Below the pieces are notes generated by a model that worked only from the letters and a program-made list of their open reading frames with translations, searched no databases and was not told where the DNA came from. Both the position numbers and the translations under genes were made by a program. Source: Felis catus (Eukaryota). Taken from it: a DNA stretch of 64,000 bases. This document shows positions 14,021 through 23,886 of this stretch, piece after piece. Location: assembly GCF_018350175.1 (NCBI RefSeq), contig NC_058368.1, positions 63,056,001-63,120,000 of the forward strand. Reading direction: 5' to 3'. Numbering within the stretch: position 1 is the first letter of the stretch; each line of letters begins with the position of its first letter.

Positions 14021-14423
14021 CTTCTGTTAGTTTTCTAGGGCTGCTGTAACAAAATACCACGACTGGGCCACTTAAACAACAGAAGTGTGTTTTCGCACAA
14101 TTCTGGAGGCTAGAAGTGTAAGATGTGAGTTTGTGCAGGTTTGGTTTCTTCCGAGGCCTCTCTTCTTGGCTCGTAGTCAGCTGCCTTCTCACCGTGTCTT
14201 CACATGATCTTCCCTTTGTGCTCACGCAGCCCTGGCATGTCTCTTGTGGATTCACTTTTTCTCTTATAAGGACCCCAGTCAACCTGGATTAGGGCCTACC
14301 CTAAAGGCATTTTAACTTAATCACCTTTTTAAAGGTCTCATTTCCAAATACAGCCATGTTTTGAGATACTGTAGGTTAGCGCGGTAGTATATGAATTTGA
14401 GAAGACCCAATTCAACCCACACA
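14021..14423 (-). mobile_element. MLT1B/C-type solo LTR (ERVL-MaLR)
   Basis: 'gttttctagggctgctgtaacaaaataccac..cttataaggaccccagtc..ggattagggcctaccct..aattcaaccca'. Confidence 0.85.
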
Positions 14424-14751
14424 CTTCTCTGAGATTTGGAGAGAGAGAGCTGGGATTAAAACACTGGTTTTATCTTTTTGTAACACTACTCTCTGAAACA
14501 TAGTGAATTGTGGTACACTAAATTCACAGTACTCGTTTTTGGGGATTGTGAACCCCTGACATTGCAGCTGCCCAGGACATCTGCCTGGTGAGGCTTCCCG
14601 GCAAGTGTGATGCAAGTGATGCTTACAAGAAGGAGGCAACGCTCCCTTCCAGTCCTTTCCCACTCAGCTTTGTCTCGCAACAGAGCATACCCCGTGCATG
14701 GAGTGGCCTGGTGGCTAGGAGAGATATTACAAGATCTTCTCACGCAACTGC

Positions 14752-14804
14752 TGTGTGTGTGTGTGTGTGCGTGCGTGCGTGTGCGCGCGCGCGCGCGCAT
14801 GCGC
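14752..14804. repeat. (TG)n-(CGTG)n-(CG)n compound microsatellite
   Basis: 53 bp of uninterrupted purine-pyrimidine alternation. Confidence 0.95.
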
Positions 14805-15499
14805 TTAGGACGCCTGCTTTGAGTTAGTCCTTCACATCTAAGTAAAATCACGGATGGGAACCTAATCTAGTAAGCTTTTTTGATCTTTTTTTCCCTCCTG
14901 TTCCAATCCTGAAACTAGTTAGTATATTAGAGACCAGGTAAAATGCAAAGTGAAAGAGTAGTCCTAAAGAGTTTCAACAAACAGGGATTGAATATGTTGG
15001 TCAAGCCCAAAAGAATGGTCTTCTCAGAGAGGACAGAGGAAGCAGCATTACCAGAGTGTGAAGGTGTCAGACTCTAAGGTACTGACTGGGGACTGTTTGC
15101 TATAGACAAAGCATAAATCAGGGTACGAAAGGGGAAATTGGGTTTGAGATCATGGAGGATTCTTTAAAGTTTCGTAAGAATTCATTTTGTATTTGGTAGT
15201 CATTTGATAGCAATTTAATGGAAAAGCATTAAACTGAAGAATTCGATGTTCACATTTGCATTTTTGAAAGTGAATTCCAATGGCCAGATGATAGAGTATT
15301 TTAAATGCTTTTTTAATATCTAGAGAAAATGTTTCAAGATATCATTAAACCAAGGAACTATAATCCAAAACATTCGTTTTGTTGAATGCTTTAGAAATGT
15401 GAGGCTTGCAAATGTTTCATTGCGGGAAACAACAAACATGTAACACTTTTTAAAATGAGGTGTGCTTATCACATTAGGGTGCTGTGCTTAAATCTTGAC

Positions 15500-15900
15500 A
15501 TGCCTCTGATCTAGGATACATGTAGAGAAATTTTTCCATGGGTGTATTGGATGTGTGCAAAGCTGCTTATTAAAGCATAGCTAAATTTGGATACAAAGTA
15601 TCCACCAGTCAGGAAATGGATAAGTATTTGTGATATGTTCATACACTTGAATCAGGTATAGAAATGTACAGAGAAGAGTTCAAAAATACTGTGGTGTGAA
15701 AATTGCTTTGTATAAATTGACAGCATTTATTTAAATTTGTGAAAACACAAAGCGATGAAACAAGGGTATAGTATGGTAAAAGTGTGCAAACGTGGTCCAA
15801 TAAATTTGGAAAACACCAAATTTATCATGGTGGTTGCCTCTGAGAGGGAATGTAGGAAATAAGCTTTGAGGAAATAAAAAGTGGGGGTGTGGGGCTACAA
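15500..15900 (+). mobile_element. Ancient L1M 3' relic
   Basis: 'gtatccaccagtcaggaaatggataagtatttgtgatatgttcatac', 'gtggttgcctctgagagg'. Confidence 0.55.
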
Positions 15901-15936
15901 TTTTGTTTCTCCACTTTTTAGAAAATGGAAAAAAAA

Positions 15937-16159
15937 TTTTTTTTAATTTTTTTTTTCAACGTTTATTTATTTTTGGGACAGAGAGAGACAGAGCATGAAC
16001 GGGAGAGGGGCAGAGAGAGAAGGAGACACAGAATCGGAAACAGGCTCCAGGCTCTGAGCCATCAGCCCAGAGCCCGACGCGGGGCTCGAACTCACAGACC
16101 GTGAGATCGTGACCTGGCTGAAGTCGGACGCTTAACCGACTGCGCCACCCAGGCGCCCC
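15937..16159 (-). mobile_element. SINEC_Fc (young felid SINE)
   Basis: Near-consensus; TSD gaaaatggaaaa (15921-15932 / 16160-16171). Confidence 0.97.
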
Positions 16160-16304
16160 GAAAATGGAAAATTTTAAACATAGTTAATTATTGGTGTTAA
16201 ATACATGTCTTTCAATCTCTGTACTTTTCTACAATTGTTTAAACTTTTCAAAAAAATTTTAAGAGAAATTTTTCTTACCTGTAATCCCTTATATGTATAC
16301 CATG

Positions 16305-16500
16305 CCCTACATTCATATATTTAATGCCTCATAACCACCTATGATGTAGGTGAGGTAAAGTAGCTATCTTATTATTCATCTACCGAGGCTCAAAGACATG
16401 AGGTGCCTCACCCAAATTTTTCTTGCAATTACTAAGAGGTGAAGCAGAATTTCAATCCCAGTTCTTCTGAGACTCAGACCAGTGCCGTATAGCTCTCCTG
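16305..16500 (-). mobile_element. MIR relic
   Basis: 'cctcataaccacctatgatgtagg..gaggctcaaaga..agcagaatttcaatcccag'. Confidence 0.6.
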
Positions 16501-16674
16501 AGTGTCTGTCAACATTGTAAAAACTTCTGCACTTATCCAGAATTGGCAAAACAAAACAACAACAAAAAACCACTAGGAAATTTTAGTGTGCTCATCTACT
16601 CTCCCTACTCCATATTTTGTTTCTTTTGTTAAGAAAACGCAAGGGACTGGTGCCCTAGAATTTCAGTACTGGCA

Positions 16675-16865
16675 TATGATGTAGTAGATGAAGGCTGTGC
16701 CTGACTTTGAATTTCAGCTCTGCCACATTCTAGCTTTGTGGACTTCAGCAACTACATACTTATTTACTCTCTGCTTTAGTCCATCAGTAACCGGGAAACT
16801 CATAGTACCGAGATGTAAGGTTGTTAAGAGTGAACTGAATAATCCATGAAGTGCTTAGAGTACAT
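16675..16865 (+). mobile_element. MIR relic
   Basis: 'tttgaatttcagctctgccac..tagctttgtg..ggttgttaagag..gtgcttaga'. Confidence 0.6.
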
Positions 16866-17011
16866 CCTATTAGAATTATTACAAGTGAGAAAATAGAAAA
16901 AAATTTCGGTATGTAAAAACTCCAGGCTGGTAAGGAGAAAGTCTTGGGATTAATTTTTGAGTCAGCTATTATGTTCTCTGTTAGCACAGAGAATTTCAGA
17001 AAGGGGTTGGA

Positions 17012-18416
17012 GCTTTTTATTCCCATGATTTACTCATGCCATAACTGGAGGCCTGTGTCTCCCCTTCATCCATTTTGCTTAAATCCCACTCCCAAACCCT
17101 CTGGCAACCATCACTTTTCTGTATTTATAGGTCAGATTTTGCTTTCTATTGATTTTTTGATTCCTTTTATGAGTGGGATCATGTGGTATCATTTGTCTTC
17201 TTCCACCTAATTTCACTTACCATAATGCCCTCTAAGCTCAACCATGTTGTCTCAAATGGCACAATCTCATCCCTTTTTATGGCTGTATATTATTCCATTT
17301 ATGTCGCATTTTCCTTTTCCAGTCATCTATTGGTGGACACGAAGGTTGCTTCCATGTATTGGCTATTAAAAATAATGCTGCAATAAACATAAGGATGAAA
17401 GTTAGTGTTTCTGTTATTGGATCACACAGTACTTCTGTTTTTAGTTGAGGAACCTCCATACTGTTTCCACAGTGACTGCACCAATCTGCATTCCCACCAA
17501 CAACGCACAAGTGTGTTTTCTCCACATCCTCGTCCATACTTTCTCTTGTTTTTGATTTTAGCCATTATGACAGGTGTAAGGTGATAGCTTATTGTGGTTT
17601 TGATTTGCATATTCCTGATGCTGAATGATGATGAACATCCTTTTATGTGCCCATTTGCTGTCTGTATGTATTTTTTGGAAAAATGTTTATTTAGGTCCTC
17701 TGCCCAATTTTAAATCAGATTGTTTCTTTGGTATTGAGTTCTATAAGTTCTTTATATATTTTATGCATGAATCCCTTATTGGATATATCATTTGCCAATA
17801 TCTTCTATCCAGTAGGTTGTCTTTTATTTTGTTGTTTCCTGGACTGTTTTGTTTTGTGTTTTGTTTTATGTTGATGTCCCACTAGTTTATTTTTATTTTT
17901 GTTTCCCTTGTTTAATCCATTTTGAATTTTTGTGTAAGGTGTTAGAAAGTAGTCCTGCTTCATTCTTTTGCATGTATCTGTCCAATTTTTTCAACACCAT
18001 TTGTTAAAAAGACTGTCTTTTCCCCACTGTAAATTGTTGCCTTCTTCAACACAGATTGATGGACTATTTAATTGTGAATTTATTTCTGAGGTCTTCATTC
18101 TGTTCCATTGATTTTTGTGTCTGTTTTTGTGCCAGTACCACACTGTTTTGATTACTACAGCTTTGTAGTATATCTTGAAATCCAGTATTATGATACCTCC
18201 AGCTTTGTTCTTCTTTCTCAGAGTTACTTTGGCTAGTTAGAGTATTCTGTGGCTCTATACAAATTTTAGTATAAATAGCAACACTCAGTGATATTGCAAT
18301 AGCTATGTAACCAGCAGATGGTAGCTATACTTATGGTGAACATAACATAAGGTATAAACTTGTCAAATCAGTAAGTTGTACATCTAAAATTAATGTAACA
18401 CTGTTATATTTAAAAA
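17012..18416. mobile_element. 5'-inverted L1 (L1MA9/L1_Carn-type): antisense 17012-18270, sense 3' tail 18271-18416
   Basis: Minus-strand ORF2 C-terminal peptides ([29 protein letters not shown]); plus-strand 3'UTR 'gatggtagctatacttatggtga..gttgtacatctaaaattaatgtaaca'. Confidence 0.85.
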
Positions 18417-20511
18417 TGCTATTGGAATTAACATTGTGTTGTTAGGAGTACATACAATTGTAGAAGATGAGTAGACAGTATGACAAATTTTTAATGAAAG
18501 TTACCTGTCTGTATCTTTAAGGCATGTGAAAATAATGATCTTGGTTCTCCATTTTGTAGGTTATTCAAGAAAAGGTGTGTGAGAACCTTTAGTTTGGGTT
18601 TTCTTAAATCATTACCTGCAGGGCCAGAGAGGCCTGATTTTGGTCTTGTCTTGTTTGTATAGCCTAGGTATCAAGATTCTATTTTTTCTCCCTCTCTCAT
18701 TAAAAAAAATAATAATAAACTGATATTTTTTTTAAAAAGGAAAACTTTAGCAAAACACACTTTAGTTTGCACAAACACATTTTACTGCAAATCACAAAGA
18801 AAAAACTTAAGTGAATGTAAGTTTCATTTTGAATAGTTTTGTTAATAAAAAATAAAACTATGTAAAAAGGATAGAAGGCGATAAAGGCAGTTACCCTCCC
18901 TCCTCAAAAACAAATATCTCATTAAATCTATCTGCCAGTTGATTTTTTAAAATAGTGCAGCCTATTCTGTAGTATACATCATAGAATGCATCCTAAAGAC
19001 ACACAAAAACATAATGTCCATTTATCTCCATGCATAAATGTACCTGAAAAAGCTAACTCTAACATGGAAAGCAAAACAAGTTTTGAAACTTAATGTTTCA
19101 GAGAACATTCTGTAAAAGGAAATAAGCATGAATTGCTGGTATCAGAGCTCGTCCAAAATTCCTTCATTAGAATTAGCATTAGAAATCCAAATTTGGAGGG
19201 GGGAAATCAATGATCTACTTTCAAAGGTGGAGTCAGCAGTTTAAAAAAGAGGCTGTGCACGTTGTTTTAGTAGTGTCACTTTTATCTCACTCCGATCTTC
19301 AAAAGCAGATGACCTTGTTTGGGTTTCAGTAGAAAAATCTCTCATGAATTTACATGGCCATGTTAGCTGTATGGTGTTGATTGCAAAGATATAAAACGAA
19401 ATAATGCCATAAACCAGCCCTTGAGACACACTGCCTTTTAAGCTATTTGCATAAAGATGGACTGCACATTGTTATGTGCCTGTAGTTAAACTCTCAAATC
19501 CAAAAGAATAAAGTACTCTTTGGGTTTTCTAGAGAGCTCTAAAAGTGTAACCTATACAATAATCTCACAAAGCAACCTTAAGAAAAGCAAAACAGAAAAA
19601 TATATTAAACTTGTGAGCATTAGCATTTAGCTTGTTGTTTATCACATGCAACCCTAAAGCAAACACTAGTCACCTAAAATAGCCGTTCTCTGCAGAAAAT
19701 GTCAAAATAAATATCATTGGCACTTTGGATTTGGTAGGAGAAGAATAAGTAAAAGTACTGTGATTTCTCAATTCTTCAGGTAGATAATGAAAATAATAAT
19801 GAAGCTAAGCAATAAAGTATGAGATATTAGTCCCTTTGGAAAAGAAAAATGTTTCAGTGGTGTGACTTTGAGATTTCTTCTGATATCCAAATGTCTTTGT
19901 GTTTATGTGTGTGCCATATAAGTTCATATAATTTATACTTCTGTGAATGATTTGTGTTTTAAATATGAATCGCTGTTGAGTTAGTATTTTAATTATATTT
20001 ATGCAATTAGAATTAAATGTGTAATTCTAGTCAAAATTTTTGGATGGCTGAAATACAGCTTTTTCTAGAAAATTAGCATCCATTTCACTACCAGTATCAC
20101 AAAACAAATAACCAGGCAAATAGTTCCTGATTTTCTTTTTACAAAATGTTTTGAAATAAGGACTCTTTTACTTCATACTCTTGGAGAATATACTACATCG
20201 ATTTTCTTTTATTCTGTATCAACTGCAAAGAAAGAATATAAAAGGATGTGCCTCTTTTAACTTGTATGATCAAGGACTGTTAATTTGTTTCTCAGGGATG
20301 GTTGAATCTTATTTTTAAATGAGGGATTTGATCTTTGGTAATGGTGTTCAATACTTGATGTTCAGTGACACTGAAAGTTCTTAAGAGGTGTCTTGAAGAC
20401 GGATCACTCTGAAGACCAGGAAAAACTGAGTTGGTGGCACGTCTTCCCCCCTCCCCCAACTTGAGCCAGAGTGGTTATTTTACTTGTTTCTTTAAAACAT
20501 GTTTCATAATT

Positions 20512-20713
20512 GGGGCACTCGGGTGGCTCAGTTGGTTAAGCGTCTGACTTCGGCTCAGGTCAGATCTCACAGTTTGTGAGTTCGAGCCCGGCATCGAGTT
20601 CTGTGCTGACAGCTTGGAGCCTAGAGCCTGCTTCAAATTGTGTCTCCCTCTGTCTCTGTTCCTCCCCCACTTGTGCTCTGTCTCTCAAAAATACATAAAA
20701 ATATAAAAAAAAA
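20512..20713 (+). mobile_element. SINEC (SINEC_Fc2-type)
   Basis: Full SINE; TSD atgttt(c/t)ataatt. Confidence 0.95.
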
Positions 20714-21087
20714 ATGTTTTATAATTAGACTAAGTTATCCAATGGTAAAAGTATCTATTACCATTTTTCTCCATAGTTGCTAAGATATCTTCAATGGTAA
20801 GAATTTTGTAAGTTCTTTTATAATCGATGATTTGTAAGTGAAGTACTAATAATCGTAAAAAGCTTATATATATAGCACTTTCTAAACATAAGGAACTCTT
20901 CCTTCATTTAGATTTCAAAGAAACCTTTTCAAAAATACTTGTATTAATATAGCTCCAAGTAATATGTCTGAAACATTTAATATTCATTAATATTCTTATA
21001 CAAATATTATACAAATCCATTAGAAAACCAAGACCTCCCCAAAATTAACATATTCATACTGTTTGTTAGTGGTCAAATTTAATTTTT

Positions 21088-21264
21088 AAATTTTGTTTTC
21101 GTGTTTGTTTATTTTGAGAACAAGGGAATGTGAGCTGGGAGGGGCAGAGAGGGAGAGAGAGAATCCAAGCAGGCTGATGCAAGGCTCAGTCTTGTAAACC
21201 ATGAGATCATGACCAGAGCCAAAATCAAGAATTGGACACTCAACTGACTGAGCCACCAGATGCC
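21088..21264 (-). mobile_element. Older SINEC subfamily, internally deleted
   Basis: SINEC head at the 21264 end; flanked by caaattta. Confidence 0.85.
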
Positions 21265-21269
21265 AAATT

Positions 21270-21483
21270 TATTTATTTTTAAACATTTTTAAATGTTTGT
21301 TTATTTTTGAGAGAGAGTGCAAGCAGAGAGGGGCAGAGAGAGAGGGAGACACAGAATCTGAAGCAGGCTCCAGGATCTGAGCTGTCAGCACAGAGCCTGA
21401 CATGGGGATCTAACTCACAGACTGCAAGATCATGACCTGAGCTAAAGTCAGCCGCTGAACCGACAGAGCCACCTAGGCACTCC
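21270..21483 (-). mobile_element. SINEC (SINEC_Fc2-type), in tandem with the previous SINE
   Basis: 'agagggagacacagaatctgaagcaggctccagg..gagccacctaggcac'. Confidence 0.93.
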
Positions 21484-21964
21484 TGAGATTTAAACTTAAA
21501 AAAAATATTGCCAGATTGAAAATACCAAAAATCAAAATTTGCTAGTACTCCCTTCCACTGAAAGTTGATGAAAAGGAGATTTCCGGGGTGAGTAGAAAGT
21601 GGTAAGTTCCTGGAAAGTGATTTGCCAGTAGGTATCAATAGCGTTAAAGATAAAACTTCCAGGAATTTCTCCAAAGGAGGCGATCATATTTAAAACTATT
21701 TAAGTACATGGTTGTTTATTACAGCATTAAATGTAATTCCAAACTGATCTGAAAAAAAAAAATCTAAGCAGGAATTTTAAATAAAATATGGAGTGTTTCT
21801 TTTACAAAATACTATAGAAATCGTGTTTACTAATACATTTGTAGCTTTTTTTTTAGAACAAATTATAGCCTCAAAAAATGAAGACATTTATATATAGTAA
21901 GATCTCAATTGCATATAAGCATATATCCACACACATAGATTTAGATTTTAAAAAAGTGACTCTA

Positions 21965-22170
21965 GGGGCGCCTGGGTGTCGCAGTCGGTTAAGCGTCCGA
22001 CTTCAGCCAGGCCACGATCTCGCGGTCTGTGAGTTCGAGCCCCGCGTCGGGCTCTGGGCTGATGGCTCAGAGCCTGGAGCCTGTTTCCGATTCTGTGTCT
22101 CCCTCTCTCTCTGCCCCTCCCCCGTTCATGCTCTGTCTCTCTGTCCTAAAAATAAACGATGAGAAAAAAA
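21965..22170 (+). mobile_element. SINEC_Fc (young felid SINE)
   Basis: Near-consensus; TSD aaaaagtgactcta. Confidence 0.97.
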
Positions 22171-23818
22171 AAAAAAGTGACTCTATATTATAAACCACCA
22201 GTTAGCTAAAAGCCCACTGCAGATAAATTCGGATTTAACTCCCAACGTCATGTCATACACTAGTTCAGATTACCCCCTCCACATGCATAGCTTCTGAAAT
22301 TTTTCAGATTCTATACACTTTTCTTTCCCCACCTTTCTGTGTACTCCTGTTCCAGATTTGCTGACACAGCATCTCCTGCATCAAGCTAAACATGAAGACC
22401 CATTCTTTCATATCCTTCATCCCCCAACAAAATGACTTGCCTGTAACACTTCATGAGTATTAAATTACTAAAATTTTGAAGGAAGCTAAGGTGTCATCAC
22501 ATACTGGGCAAGAATCTTTCTTCTATTTCCTGCATCCCTACCTCCTCCTAAACCTCCTTTCTGGAATAGCCAGTTTCGCCCCTTCTTCATATGTGATGGT
22601 TCTGCTGGCTTGAGACCCCTGATGGTTTGTTTGACCTTATGTGAGTTTTAAAAATTTTTGAGAAGATACAATTGTAGCCTTGACAGCATTCCTGAAGAAT
22701 ACACATTTTTGTTATTATAAATAATATTTTTTAGTGGCAAATAATGCTTCTAGAAGTAGAAAAAAAGATTGTTTTTCTCTATTGAAAATTCGGATTCAGA
22801 TAATACAAGTCATCTCCCCTTTGGTCTGTATGTGGGTTATCTAAGAATGGCATCTACAACCTGGGGCTGCATGAACTGTTCTTGCTCTCTGGTTGTGGAG
22901 GGGAATTCTTTCTTACCTGCTATCCACCAACCCTACAGTTCAAACCACTGAGCTGTCCTTGCTACGCCACAGACCCGGTCAGTGTCTGATTCTCTCTCTC
23001 TCTCTGTATTTTTTTTTTTAACTAAGCTCCGGTATTAAGTAACATTCATATACTTAGAAGGATACATTTAAATTGGCAGATGAGAAAAGAGCAATCTTCA
23101 TCCTACAGTCATTTGTCATCTTCATAGTCCTGTTTGGGTTCCTTCCTTTGGACTCCTGGGAAAAGGTGGGTGACTTTCCATCCAAAGGCCTTTTGCACCA
23201 AGATGTGAACATATGCTACATAACCGAAATGGATTATGTTAACTGAATTTATTATTGGATTAATACTTTACTCTTCGTGTCTTACCACCTGTATCTACTT
23301 GGGATGTCAAGTAATGAGGCCATGATAATAGCCCATCTAAGATCTCCCTTTCCTTGTTTTCTGAAGTCAACTTAATATTCAACCTCATCACTTTCTCCAA
23401 TACTTCACAATTTTAGAAGTATTTTTAAAACCTACATGAACCAAATAATGAACTGTGTGCAGTAGTTACTTTTGTTGGAGTCTCGTAATTTGACTCAAAT
23501 AGTAAAAGATAACAAGAGAGTTGGAGAACCACTGGCTAGAGACTCCAACCCTGCATACGACCTCACATTTAGAGCCCCGGCTTCTTCACTTCCTTTTTAT
23601 GCTGGAATACAGAGGAGAACACAGAAGAAGGGGTCTGCATCTTTTATTATTTATGTCAAAAGGTAGCTGGGATGTACCTCTGGTTTTCAGAAAATCCACG
23701 TGGGAAAAGGAATATCTAAATGATGAAGAAAATATGTATGTAGCAAGAAGTGGAGCAATTCTCACGCAAGTCATAATGAAATCTACCTCAGTAAGGATAT
23801 GCTTGAAAATGAGGCGGA

Positions 23819-23886
23819 AGCTTTATGCAGTGGCAGTATCGTAGCCAATGAGGTTTATCCGAGGAGCGATTATTGCTAATTGAAAA
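23819..23886 (+). pseudogene. RNU4: U4 snRNA retropseudogene, 3'-truncated (nt 1-68), no poly(A) tail
   Basis: agctttatgcagtggcagtatcgtagccaatgaggtttatccgaggagcgattattgctaattgaaaa matches the U4 5' end with 3 differences from the remembered mammalian sequence; lacks the 3' stem-loops and Sm site; TSD gaaaatg(a/g)ggcgga at 23805-23818 / 23882-23895. Confidence 0.95.

Noticed and set aside
14412..14851. Four overlapping ORFs
   Set aside because: Three are explained by the stop-free microsatellite; none has a recognisable domain
18560..18574. Possible 15-nt microexon (ag|GTTATTCAAGAAAAG|gtgtgt)
   Set aside because: Weak donor; expected by chance in 64 kb
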